Source of the DNA: Candidatus Heimdallarchaeota archaeon
GTDB lineage: Archaea; Asgardarchaeota; Heimdallarchaeia; Heimdallarchaeales; Heimdallarchaeaceae
DNA: 64,000 bases
Assembly: GCA_018238545.1 (NCBI GenBank)
Contig: JABCTC010000011.1
Span: 1 to 64,000 of the forward strand
Direction of reading: 5' to 3'
The position numbers were made by a program, and so were the translations under genes. Numbering within the stretch: the stretch's first letter is position 1; every line of letters starts with the position of its first letter. This document shows positions 20,725 through 29,949 of the stretch, piece by piece. The notes below the pieces were generated by a model. The model did not search any database. It saw only the letters and a program-made list of their open reading frames with translations, and was not told the DNA's origin.

Positions 20725-21114
20725 TTACATTTGAGTAAACTTATCTGCAAAATCAGATCTTAGTTGAGATTCAATTTCTTCCAGATTATCTTCGATTTTT
20801 CTAACTTCAAGCTTTTTCTTATCCATTTTCTTCTGAATGTCTGTTATGTTTTTCTTATATTTAGCAATAGCCGCTTCCTTTTTCTTCAGTTTCATCTCTT
20901 GTTTCAGAGCTTTGTCTTCATTACCACTTTCTCTGAATTTTTGAATCTTAAGAAGCTGTTCTTGAACTTCAGCTTTCCCTTCAGCTTGTTTCCGCTGTAA
21001 ACTTGCTTTATCTCCTTCTAGCTCATTGAAATCTTCTTTTTCATCAAACAGTTTTTCCTTGGTTTTGAATTTTTTTGCTAGTTTTTTGTAATATTTTATG
21101 TCTCGATCACTCAT
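20725..21114 (-). CDS. Charged coiled-coil protein
   Basis: K/E-rich helical heptad pattern, 129 aa. Confidence 0.7.
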   Translation of the reverse strand: MSDRDIKYYKKLAKKFKTKEKLFDEKEDFNELEGDKASLQRKQAEGKAEVQEQLLKIQKFRESGNEDKALKQEMKLKKKEAAIAKYKKNITDIQKKMDKKKLEVRKIEDNLEEIESQLRSDFADKFTQM

Positions 21115-21216
21115 GGGTATGCAAATAGTTTTTTGTTCTATAAATGTATTCTGTACCCGGAAAAATTAGCCGCTCTTAAGCACAACATTCTTTAGTCTTT
21201 TTGAGAATCTTTCATA

Positions 21217-21783
21217 ATGTCCTTTTTTGATAACTGGTACAGAGGTGATGCCACCTTAAAAGCTGAACCAGATGAAGAATTAGTAAAATTATTCAATGAA
21301 AAAGGTGATGGGAAGGTTCTAGATATTGGTTGTGGACGGGGAAGAAATAGTCTTTATCTTGCAAGTCTTGGTTATGATGTTATTGCAGTTGATGTCTCAA
21401 AACATGCTATCATACAATTAGATCAAAATGCAAAATTACTTGGTTATGATATTGAGGGTATAGTTTGTGATATTGGAGATTATTCTTTCACAGAAAAATA
21501 TGATATAATAGTTATAAGTAATGTTCTTCAATTCATTTTAAAGAGGGTTGAACAAATCAATATAATTTACAAAGTGATGGAATACATAACTACTAATGGA
21601 ACTATTTTTATTAAGCATCCATTAACAATACTGGATTTAGAAAGTCAGTGCTTAAGAAATGGTATGTTGAATCGATTTTTTACTCATTCTGAATTTAACT
21701 GGGAAATATTGCTTGATGTTAACAAACTCGCTGGACGTAAGAAAGATTGTGAATTGAATATTTTCATAGCTAAGAAATCTTGA
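21217..21783 (+). CDS. Class I SAM-dependent methyltransferase (TehB-like)
   Basis: VLDIGCGRGRNSLYLA, AVDVS, YDIIV. Confidence 0.85.
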   Translation: MSFFDNWYRGDATLKAEPDEELVKLFNEKGDGKVLDIGCGRGRNSLYLASLGYDVIAVDVSKHAIIQLDQNAKLLGYDIEGIVCDIGDYSFTEKYDIIVISNVLQFILKRVEQINIIYKVMEYITTNGTIFIKHPLTILDLESQCLRNGMLNRFFTHSEFNWEILLDVNKLAGRKKDCELNIFIAKKS

Positions 21784-22043
21784 AATAAAAGATAACAAGA
21801 GATTAAGTGCAATCTACAATGACAAGGGTATCCGTCATTTTTTTCAAAACAGAAGAATAGAAGATTGTATTTGTATTAACCACATACTTTATTAGGCTTC
21901 AATCTAACCTTTCATACTGATTAAAAATAAGAATGTTAGATTTTGTTTAAGTCTTTGAAAGATTAACTCGTTTCTGATAGTCGATTTTTAATTAAGGAAT
22001 CTCTCACGAGATTCGAAACAATAATTCAATTGGAGGAATTAAC

Positions 22044-22241
22044 TTGAAAGGAAATATCAAAAGAATGATTTCTGATAAAGGTTATGGATTCATCACTGTA
22101 GAAGGAGAAGAAAAAGATCTCTTTTTCCACCGTACTGGTACTACAGGTGAATTTGATGATCTCAATGAAGGAGACGAAGTCGAATTCGATCTAGAAGAAA
22201 CCGATAGAGGAACTCAAGCAAATAACGTAAACAAAGTCTAA
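22044..22241 (+). CDS. Cold-shock domain protein
   Basis: KGYGFI (RNP1), DLFFH (RNP2), EGDEVEF; GGAGG SD before TTG; T-rich tract downstream. Confidence 0.92.
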   Translation: MKGNIKRMISDKGYGFITVEGEEKDLFFHRTGTTGEFDDLNEGDEVEFDLEETDRGTQANNVNKV

Positions 22242-22382
22242 GATTGAAAGGAATGTAAATTTCAGACACTTAGAATTACTTTCTTTTTTTATCTATTTTT
22301 TATTTTTCAATAATTATGCTAGAAATTACTAAAATCAGACATTCATATGCTTTTTCAGTAAATAAGAAAGTTAAAGCTAGTT

Positions 22383-23639
22383 TTAGCTTTGATTCAAGAT
22401 TAACCTAACATTAAGATCAAGTTCTTCACCTTTCTTTGTTAGACCTGTAATATATAATGTTTCATGGTTTCGTATTCCTTGTTCTTTCAATGTTGAATCC
22501 ATTTCTACATCTACTGGGTCTTTTTTATCAATTATCCAAAATGAAGGTAAAAATTCAGGATCATAACTATATCCTCTGTTTTTTATGATAGTTAGTAAAA
22601 CATCAACAGTTGCAGTTGCAGGTATTTTTACTTCTTCAATTATTGTAGCATTCCTACCACAGAGCATGCATTTCTTATTTGGTGGTTTTTCTATATAGAA
22701 GAATTTCCCTACTAATCCATTGTAAATAACATATTCAGGATTTACAGTACCAAGTTCAATTCCTTTGAGATGGTGCATAAGTTTCAATGCTTCTTGTGAT
22801 TGTAAAGAGGCTATTACAGCATTAATACTAATTATTGTTGGGTCGTGTTGGTCAACCATTTTCACAGCTTCATCCAAAGAAAATACCTTTTCAGAGGGGA
22901 AATGCTCTTTCACTAAGTTATTTGCATAGTTTATTACAAGATTCATTTCTTCCAAAATGGTCGTATCAGGGGGTCTATTGTTCTTTGACTCAAAATATAG
23001 TTGTCCTTTCAACAAACAGTGAGATTTTTTTCTTGGTATTCCCACTAGTGTACAAGCTGCTAAAGTTTCTCTTTCTCGTTCTTGCTGTGGATCACATTGA
23101 AGGCATGCATTTTCATCTGGCAAATAGGTGTAAACATGACCATAATATGTTGCAGTTCCTCCATCAATCATTGGTTTCTTAAACTGAACCGCTCTTCGTA
23201 TTAGCTCGTTTCTTGCTGTAACAGAATCTAAACCAGAAACATACATATCAGCTGTAGCATATACCTCTGGGTCAACATCTTCTAGATTGGAATGGTGCCA
23301 AATATATTTACTGTAAGGATTTATTTTCATTAGAGCTCTTGCTGCAACTTTAGCTTTAGGTTCTCCTTCATCTGCATCTGAGAAAAGTATTTGTCTATTA
23401 AGATTGGAATATTCAATAATATCTAAATCGATAAGGTGAATAGTTCCTACACCGGCCATAGCTAAGTTCTTTGCTATTTCTGTTCCCAATCCCCCAACTC
23501 CAACAATTAAAACCGTTGAATCTTTCAAAGCTTTCTGATTCCATCCAGGTAATCTAAGTTGTCTATCAAAACGTATTCTCTCATCTTTTGAAAGGGTTTC
23601 ATCGAAGAAATTAGATTTTTTTATGTTTTTTGCATTCAT
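22383..23639 (-). CDS. Ubiquitin-like activating enzyme E1 (ThiF/UBA family; UBA2/UBA3-like catalytic Cys motif; C-terminal ubiquitin-fold domain)
   Basis: RFDRQ, GVGGLG, DLDIIEYSNLNRQ, CxxC, ACTLVGIPRKKSHC. Confidence 0.9.
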   Translation of the reverse strand: MNAKNIKKSNFFDETLSKDERIRFDRQLRLPGWNQKALKDSTVLIVGVGGLGTEIAKNLAMAGVGTIHLIDLDIIEYSNLNRQILFSDADEGEPKAKVAARALMKINPYSKYIWHHSNLEDVDPEVYATADMYVSGLDSVTARNELIRRAVQFKKPMIDGGTATYYGHVYTYLPDENACLQCDPQQERERETLAACTLVGIPRKKSHCLLKGQLYFESKNNRPPDTTILEEMNLVINYANNLVKEHFPSEKVFSLDEAVKMVDQHDPTIISINAVIASLQSQEALKLMHHLKGIELGTVNPEYVIYNGLVGKFFYIEKPPNKKCMLCGRNATIIEEVKIPATATVDVLLTIIKNRGYSYDPEFLPSFWIIDKKDPVDVEMDSTLKEQGIRNHETLYITGLTKKGEELDLNVRLILNQS

Positions 23640-23770
23640 TTAAAGCACGCGTTCCATCTATCTATATTATTCAATGATAAATTCTGTGATATTTAAATTT
23701 AAATGTAGTTTTCAGTAGAAAAATAAAGAGACTCAATTAGAGTCTTCATTAAAAAATAAAAGATTAAGAA

Positions 23771-24130
23771 TTATCCTGCTGTTGAAACTGGGATCAGTAG
23801 AACTGTATCTCCATCTTCAACTCCATAATTTTCAAGAACATCGTCATTGTCACATGTTCTTCCAGCATGGGATAGATGGAATTCATCAGGTGGTAATCCA
23901 AAAATCTGGCTAACTGTATATTTTATATCACTAATTGGGGCATCAGTTGCTACAACAAGTTTTTCTTGTTTTGGACTTGGTCCAATGGTGCTTTGGAAAT
24001 ATACACTTATTTTCTTACCTGCTGGTGTTTTAGTCTTAGCAGGAGTTTTGGATTTTATCTCGGTTTCAATAACCTTTTCTTCTTCTTCTTCTTCTTCGTC
24101 AAAAGAAATTTCTTCAAATTCTTCGCTCAT
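23771..24130 (-). CDS. Ubiquitin-like modifier with acidic N-terminal extension, ending -STAG
   Basis: ISDIK..FGLPPDEFHLSHAGR..LENYGVEDGDTVLL aligns by eye with the ubiquitin core; adjacent to E1. Confidence 0.85.
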   Translation of the reverse strand: MSEEFEEISFDEEEEEEEKVIETEIKSKTPAKTKTPAGKKISVYFQSTIGPSPKQEKLVVATDAPISDIKYTVSQIFGLPPDEFHLSHAGRTCDNDDVLENYGVEDGDTVLLIPVSTAG

Positions 24131-24385
24131 TTTTTTTCAATCCTGTTAGTTTACAAATACTATTATCGAATACAATTATTAAAAAATTACCTATATTATC
24201 CAAAATAACTGTTCTTATTTAAAAACTTAAATAAACCTAAAATCTTAATTAATAACAATAAAGTTACAAATTGGGGTTTAGATAGGTTTTCAAACAAATT
24301 AGTCAATATTTATTCAAAAGCTGAGGTTTGAAAACGTTCAAAAATCAGTAAAAATATGAAAGGCTAGAACAGGTGTGACTTACAC

Positions 24386-25120
24386 ATGGGTAAAAGAAAC
24401 AAAAAAAAAGGTATTTCGAATAAAGTTCCTAAGCAAAAATTCCCGTTCGATTCGAAAATCCCAAAACATAAATTGCCTAAAGATAAAATACCCAAAAGTC
24501 AAATAAGGGATGAAGATTTTTTCCCTCCAGAAAAAAGAAAAACTCGAAAAATAGAATCAAAGCCTGTAAGATCACAGCTCAGAGACAGTCGAGAATCAGG
24601 GAAAAATAAAGGGATTCCAAAAGAGAAGATTGTTTCTAAAATCCCAAAAAGTCAAAAATTTAAGCAAAACCGTAAAAATAGCAAAAACATACCAAAACAG
24701 AAGATACCTAAAACAAAAATCCCCAAACAGGACTCTTTTTCAAGAACAGAATCACCTAATTACATTCCACAAGAAGAAAAAGCTAAACCAAAGAAAAAGG
24801 AGTCTCTTCCACCTAGAAGAGAGAGGTTCAAAGAAATTGATTCTATAGATTCTAAAGCACTAAAAAAAGAAGAGAAGAAAAAGAGAGAAGAAACACCTCC
24901 TTCTGATGATCGAGATAAATTTTCAGAAATTAAAGAATCAGATTCTCATTCACTACCAAAGGAAGAAAAAAGAGAAAAGAGAACAAGAGAAGCTCCTGCA
25001 ACTTCCAATATTGAGGAAACAAAAAAGGATAAGATACCAAAACAAAAAATACCAAAACACAAAGTTCCAAGCCAAAAATATCCTAAACAAACTAAGAAAC
25101 CAAAACAAAAAAGAAGCTAA
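24386..25120 (+). CDS. Lys-rich disordered protein with K[ILVFY]PKx repeats
   Basis: 244-aa open frame with repeated KIPK motifs; GGTG-type SD upstream. Confidence 0.65.
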   Translation: MGKRNKKKGISNKVPKQKFPFDSKIPKHKLPKDKIPKSQIRDEDFFPPEKRKTRKIESKPVRSQLRDSRESGKNKGIPKEKIVSKIPKSQKFKQNRKNSKNIPKQKIPKTKIPKQDSFSRTESPNYIPQEEKAKPKKKESLPPRRERFKEIDSIDSKALKKEEKKKREETPPSDDRDKFSEIKESDSHSLPKEEKREKRTREAPATSNIEETKKDKIPKQKIPKHKVPSQKYPKQTKKPKQKRS

Positions 25121-25138
25121 ATAGAGATAAGATATTAC

Positions 25139-25717
25139 TCATACAAATATAGCCATAATAGCTGAGTAGAGATAAATTATCCCAGAAATTAGTAGAAAGA
25201 AATTTTCAAAATATGTTACTGATGTAACAATATAAATGGTGGGGATAATTAACATTAGTAAAAATCCAGCAAATTTAGGATTCGTCCCTTTTTCACTTGT
25301 ACTTCTAAATCTAATGAATGGATATCTAATAAAGGTTCTAAAAAGCAAAAATGTACTATATAGATAATATGGTAATAAAAGAAAATCAACAGCATTGATT
25401 TCCCTGAAACTTTCATCAGGAAACCCACTAATTGTAACTATACCAAAATCATTTACACCAAAGAGTATTTGAGCTAGCAATATTAAAACTGGAACAATGG
25501 GCAAAATAAAAACGTAAATAAATTCGTTGAATGTGGCTTTATGTTTTAAATAGAACAAACTTCGAATTACATAGAATAAGGATATGAAGACATATATGGA
25601 TAAGAAAATGAAAAATTTGCCTAAGTCAACATTTCCCTCAATGAAATAGTATATGGAGACACCTACTAAGGATAACGATGTTATAAATGATGCTGTTATA
25701 TGTGTCCAAGTACCCAT
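25139..25717 (-). CDS. Multi-pass membrane protein, paralogue of the TM domain of the adjacent RING protein
   Basis: About 6 TM; shared YxKHKA..LP and P-x-I-x-x-R blocks. Confidence 0.7.
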   Translation of the reverse strand: MGTWTHITASFITSLSLVGVSIYYFIEGNVDLGKFFIFLSIYVFISLFYVIRSLFYLKHKATFNEFIYVFILPIVPVLILLAQILFGVNDFGIVTISGFPDESFREINAVDFLLLPYYLYSTFLLFRTFIRYPFIRFRSTSEKGTNPKFAGFLLMLIIPTIYIVTSVTYFENFFLLISGIIYLYSAIMAIFV

Positions 25718-25777
25718 TTTTTGACCTCAATATTTTCTAGATTAGAAGTATTTAATCTCTAGCTTTCCGCACTCATT

Positions 25778-26884
25778 TCATAATTTGTTTACTACTCTTT
25801 CAATATAGATCTTTGTTGTGATTCTGTATTTAGGATTTCTTACATATGAATTTGAAATTGGTTTATTACATCTTGCACAATATTTTGAATTTTGGTACCA
25901 GCTTCTGAATTCATCTTCATGTGCTGGATATTTGCAATGAGGACAGAGGATTATTTTTCTTGTATCCTTCTTCTCAAAATCCATGAAACATATTATACAT
26001 TTTACTTCTTCTTTACTAGCCTTACCATTTGGGAAATAATCACGAACTGTAGTTTTAGTTTTAGTGGTTTTTGTGGATTTCTTAGTTTTCTTTCTGGTTG
26101 TTACTTCAATACCAGGAGCAATTTTAGCACTTCTTCTAGCTCTAGAAACTGACTTTGTGGTTCTAGTTCTTGTTGGAGAGGATAGTTGTCTGCTTCTGGA
26201 AGTTTGAGAAGAAGACCTTCGAACTGTAGTTGATGAGGTTCTTGCCCTAGTAGAGCTTCTGCTAGGAGAACTACTAGACATTATTACTGTACGTCTTTCT
26301 GATTTTATCAGTCTAACAAATATGAAATATCTAAAAATGAAAACTAAGTATATAATTGTGAAAATGAGACTAACTAGATCAATTTTCCCGTTTATAAAAA
26401 ATCCTAGTAGAATCGTGAAAACAAAAACACTATGAATTAATAAAGGAATAATTCTTTTTTTCCTCACTTTTCGTCTAATTGCTATTGCTGGCCATTTTCC
26501 CGAATAATAATTATTGAAATGCATAGTTAATATAATAACTGGGACAATTAAAGATAAAGAAATTAAATTGAAGAATATCTCTACTGCATTCCCACTAGAA
26601 GATATCAAAAACATCTCGTAAGTTGCTGCAAACGAAGTGATGTAATTGCCCATCAGAAGTATAACAAAAGGGAGAAGTAGGAATTGAGTACTAGCAAGAA
26701 TAGCTTTGTGTTTCTTATAGTGTCTCCTTTCTAGGAGGTACCTTAATGCTACAACGACATACAAAGTGATGAAAAAAATCGTCAGCATTATAGGTGTTTC
26801 ACTCTGGATTATAACATAGAGTATTCCAACAACTAACCCAACAATTCCGATTGCTAGATAAGTTTTGAAATTATTTAACTCCAA
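25778..26884 (-). CDS. Multi-pass membrane RING-finger protein (putative E3 ligase)
   Basis: About 6 TM, S/T/R-rich linker, CIIC..CPHC....H..E..W..CARC. Confidence 0.8.
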   Translation of the reverse strand: MELNNFKTYLAIGIVGLVVGILYVIIQSETPIMLTIFFITLYVVVALRYLLERRHYKKHKAILASTQFLLLPFVILLMGNYITSFAATYEMFLISSSGNAVEIFFNLISLSLIVPVIILTMHFNNYYSGKWPAIAIRRKVRKKRIIPLLIHSVFVFTILLGFFINGKIDLVSLIFTIIYLVFIFRYFIFVRLIKSERRTVIMSSSSPSRSSTRARTSSTTVRRSSSQTSRSRQLSSPTRTRTTKSVSRARRSAKIAPGIEVTTRKKTKKSTKTTKTKTTVRDYFPNGKASKEEVKCIICFMDFEKKDTRKIILCPHCKYPAHEDEFRSWYQNSKYCARCNKPISNSYVRNPKYRITTKIYIERVVNKL

Positions 26885-26910
26885 TTAAAATACAACTCAT
26901 ATAATTTTTA

Positions 26911-27639
26911 TTAAGATTTATCCTCTTTATTTTTCATGAAAGTGTTTATAGACTCATAACACGCTTCACTACTCATTCCTTGAACTTCAACAGATAGCTG
27001 ATAATACTTTTGTTTGTCTTGATGAATGCGAAATACACCAATCCCATAATCCTCTGGTGAGAGCATCAGGGGGTCGATAACAAGTGCTATAGATTTGTTC
27101 CAAAATGTTTGATATCTTAGATGTGTTCTGTAGTCATCACCACTCAAGAATGGAGTGTAACTTGGATGGGAATGAGCCCAACCGATTATGAAATGCTCGT
27201 TACCTTTCTTGTGGAAGATTTCTGTAAATATGTTTTGATCAACAATTTCTACGCTTACAGCATCTCCTTGATCAACAGGCCAGTAATCCTCAACAATGAT
27301 TTGCTCTAGCGGTGTTTCTTCATCGCTAATTTTTCCTGTAAGTAATCCAATTACTTCTACCCATTTCTTCTTAGGGATAGAATCATTAGCATAAGATAAA
27401 GCATGTTTTGCAAGTTTTAGATAAGCTTTGGGCTTCAATACAATCTCTGAAATAGGTTTGATTTGAAGTATATCTTCAGTTATGGTTTCTTCGCTAATTT
27501 CTTTAGCTTCCTTTTCCTTTTCCTCTACAATTTTATCAACTTTGTACAATTCTAGAGTTTTTTCAATTGCTTCAATTTTCTCAAGGAGTTTTTTATATTC
27601 AGCAGGATAATTGGTTCCATCATCTTCCATAATTTTCAC
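26911..27639 (-). CDS. JAB1/MPN+ (JAMM) metalloprotease, Rpn11/CSN5-like deubiquitinase
   Basis: EVIGLL..G and GWAHSHP..FLSGDD; ALVIDP. Confidence 0.9.
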   Translation of the reverse strand: MKIMEDDGTNYPAEYKKLLEKIEAIEKTLELYKVDKIVEEKEKEAKEISEETITEDILQIKPISEIVLKPKAYLKLAKHALSYANDSIPKKKWVEVIGLLTGKISDEETPLEQIIVEDYWPVDQGDAVSVEIVDQNIFTEIFHKKGNEHFIIGWAHSHPSYTPFLSGDDYRTHLRYQTFWNKSIALVIDPLMLSPEDYGIGVFRIHQDKQKYYQLSVEVQGMSSEACYESINTFMKNKEDKS

Positions 27640-27662
27640 AACAAATTAATTATATTTTAGAT

Positions 27663-28196
27663 TTACCAGTATGATTTTGCATACTTTTTACTTATTGTAC
27701 TCGCTTTTTTGATGAATTTCTTTTTGTTATTTAAAAATTCCAAAGCCGCTTCTTTGTTAAATACATCTTTGGGATTTACATAAGCTCCTTCGACATTAAA
27801 CATGGCAAGTATTGAGTGAATGACAGTAGTGATGCTTTTGGATGGAGACCAACCATCGTGTTTTCCTACTAAATCATTATCTACAAGAGCGAGACAAATA
27901 TTTCTTTTCTTTGGATATTCTTTTGGATTAGGCCAGAAATTAGGATGCCAAATAGGTGTGTGAAGTCTTACAAATGGAGGTTTGTAAGGATAATTTGGTC
28001 CAAAGAATATTTCTAATTTATATTTACCTCCAGCATAAGGAGTCCCCTTAGGAGCTTTGAATCCTATAGCTAGATGATCCATTGACTTCTTAGCTTTGGG
28101 GAATGATTTTACTTGCGCAACTATGCCTTCTTTATGTAATTTCCTCAAGGCTTCGTAATCTTTTATGACTCTTTGTTTTCTAATTTTTATCACCAT
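27663..28196 (-). CDS. Ubiquitin-conjugating enzyme E2
   Basis: GTPYAGG.Y, YPYKPP, WHPN, ICL (catalytic Cys), WSPS. Confidence 0.92.
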   Translation of the reverse strand: MVIKIRKQRVIKDYEALRKLHKEGIVAQVKSFPKAKKSMDHLAIGFKAPKGTPYAGGKYKLEIFFGPNYPYKPPFVRLHTPIWHPNFWPNPKEYPKKRNICLALVDNDLVGKHDGWSPSKSITTVIHSILAMFNVEGAYVNPKDVFNKEAALEFLNNKKKFIKKASTISKKYAKSYW

Positions 28197-28353
28197 ACAA
28201 CTTGAAATATAATAAAGTAAATCACTATTTATTTACAATACATTTACACTATCTGCACTCTTAACGGAAATATAAAAGACTTTGCAAACTATCAATCAAA
28301 ACCATGAAGAGCGGTTGGGAAACTGTTTTAATTAATGAATACTTTTACTATCT

Positions 28354-29046
28354 ATGAGCGTATTTCATATTGTAGGAAATGAATTGATTCCAATCACGGA
28401 GCCTTATCAGTTTCTTAATGGTGATGTCTATATTATTGAAACAAAAAACAATCTGTGGATATGGTTAGGTTCTAAATCTTTTGCTGATGAAAAATTTATT
28501 GGTTCTTGGGGAGCAAAGAAAATCGAAAGTCAAAATAAGGAGCTGAAAATTGAAACCATCAATCAAGGTTTCGAGCCTGCAGAGTTTAAGGAACAGATTG
28601 CCTTTGAAATTGTTGAAGGAGATACCTTAGGTTTTCTCAAATCAATTGACACAAAATATGAGAAAGATTTCAGATTGCTTCAGATTAAGGAGGATGATGA
28701 AGGAGCAGTGATAGTTTCAGAACTACCTATTGAACACAAACACTTTCAATCCGATGATGCTTTTGTTCTAGATGCTTACAGCGTTCTTTATGTCTGGATT
28801 GGTAAAGATAGTCAGGTTAAAGAGAAATATGAAGCTGGAAGAATCACTAGACTGTTAGAAGTAGAGAGAAAAAGATTTCCAATTATTTATGTAATCGAAG
28901 AAGAGAACGAACCTGATGGTTTTCGTGAGCTTCTCTACAAATTGGGATTAAGGGATGGAATTATGGAATTAAGAAGGACAGTGAAAAGAGTAGACGAGAA
29001 AAAAGGTTCTACATCCAAAAAATGGTGGCAGTTCTGGAAAAGATGA
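28354..29046 (+). CDS. Two-domain gelsolin/villin-like actin regulator
   Basis: Two repeats: FLNGDVYII..WIWLG..S and FQSDDAFVLD..YVWIG..S..EK; C-terminal KKWWQFWKR. Confidence 0.85.
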   Translation: MSVFHIVGNELIPITEPYQFLNGDVYIIETKNNLWIWLGSKSFADEKFIGSWGAKKIESQNKELKIETINQGFEPAEFKEQIAFEIVEGDTLGFLKSIDTKYEKDFRLLQIKEDDEGAVIVSELPIEHKHFQSDDAFVLDAYSVLYVWIGKDSQVKEKYEAGRITRLLEVERKRFPIIYVIEEENEPDGFRELLYKLGLRDGIMELRRTVKRVDEKKGSTSKKWWQFWKR

Positions 29047-29167
29047 TTCTTTTCCTCCTTCTCAAAACCAAATGCTTCCTAAATAAGAATAAAACGCAAT
29101 TTCGTAAAGCTATTTAAACCGAAATATTTTCTCTGTTTTTATATGGAAAAGTCATTTTACTTATGAA

Positions 29168-29368
29168 ATGATGAGCGAACTTTTTACTGAACAACATGAA
29201 ATTGCAGAGTGTAGTGTAGATGGAGAAAAATGGTTTGACATCTCAGAAACAGCAGCTCTGTTCTCCATAAATGATCATTATCTTTTGAAAGAATTGGATG
29301 CGGTTTTAAATCATTATAATAAAGGACACATTGTTCCTGTCGAATACATTCTATATCGAAAAAAATAG
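29168..29368 (+). CDS. Small hypothetical protein
   Basis: 66-aa ORF preceded by a TTTAAA-type box. Confidence 0.45.
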   Translation: MMSELFTEQHEIAECSVDGEKWFDISETAALFSINDHYLLKELDAVLNHYNKGHIVPVEYILYRKK

Positions 29369-29380
29369 CTAGAATTCTTT

Positions 29381-29905
29381 TCAGAAAATCTTTGAGACGT
29401 CCTCCCACACATAGCCTACTTCTTCGTATACAATGCCCCATTTCTCAACTCTTTGAGTTTCTTTTGGCATCCCACCTAATTTTTCATAAAAAAGGCTGTT
29501 GGTGTTTCCTTTCAGAATCCAGACTATCATTGATTTAAAACGCTTATCAACAAAGAAATCTACTATTTGTTCAGTTAATCTACTTCCCAATTTCTTTCTC
29601 TGATATTCCTTCAAGATATAGATTATGCTCAAATTGCAATCATAACGAAAGATTCTATCGTCATTTTTTCTTCCTGCTGCGATGCCTACAATTTCCTTGT
29701 CATCATTTTCTGCAACAAGAGCTAAGCTTGTATAGGTTTTTGAGATACTATCAAGGTTTCTAGCCCACCTTGTGGTTTCTTCTTCAACTGAAAGATTATC
29801 CAGAACTTCATCTGGAAATAATCCCTCATAGGTCGTCTTCCACGAATTCACTTTTACTTTGGCTATTCCAGCTGCATCAGCTGTTGTCGCTTCTCTAATC
29901 AACAT
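29381..29905 (-). CDS. GNAT-family N-acetyltransferase
   Basis: IREAT..DA..IA, YQRKKLG, FYEKLGG. Confidence 0.88.
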   Translation of the reverse strand: MLIREATTADAAGIAKVKVNSWKTTYEGLFPDEVLDNLSVEEETTRWARNLDSISKTYTSLALVAENDDKEIVGIAAGRKNDDRIFRYDCNLSIIYILKEYQRKKLGSRLTEQIVDFFVDKRFKSMIVWILKGNTNSLFYEKLGGMPKETQRVEKWGIVYEEVGYVWEDVSKIF

Positions 29906-29949
29906 TGTTTACTTTAAGTATTATAATAATAAAAAGATGATGCATGATT

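Noticed and set aside
20725-21114. Coiled-coil protein as ESCRT-III/Snf7 or SNARE
   Set aside because: Only generic K/E heptads; no diagnostic motif, TM or Vps4 neighbour visible.
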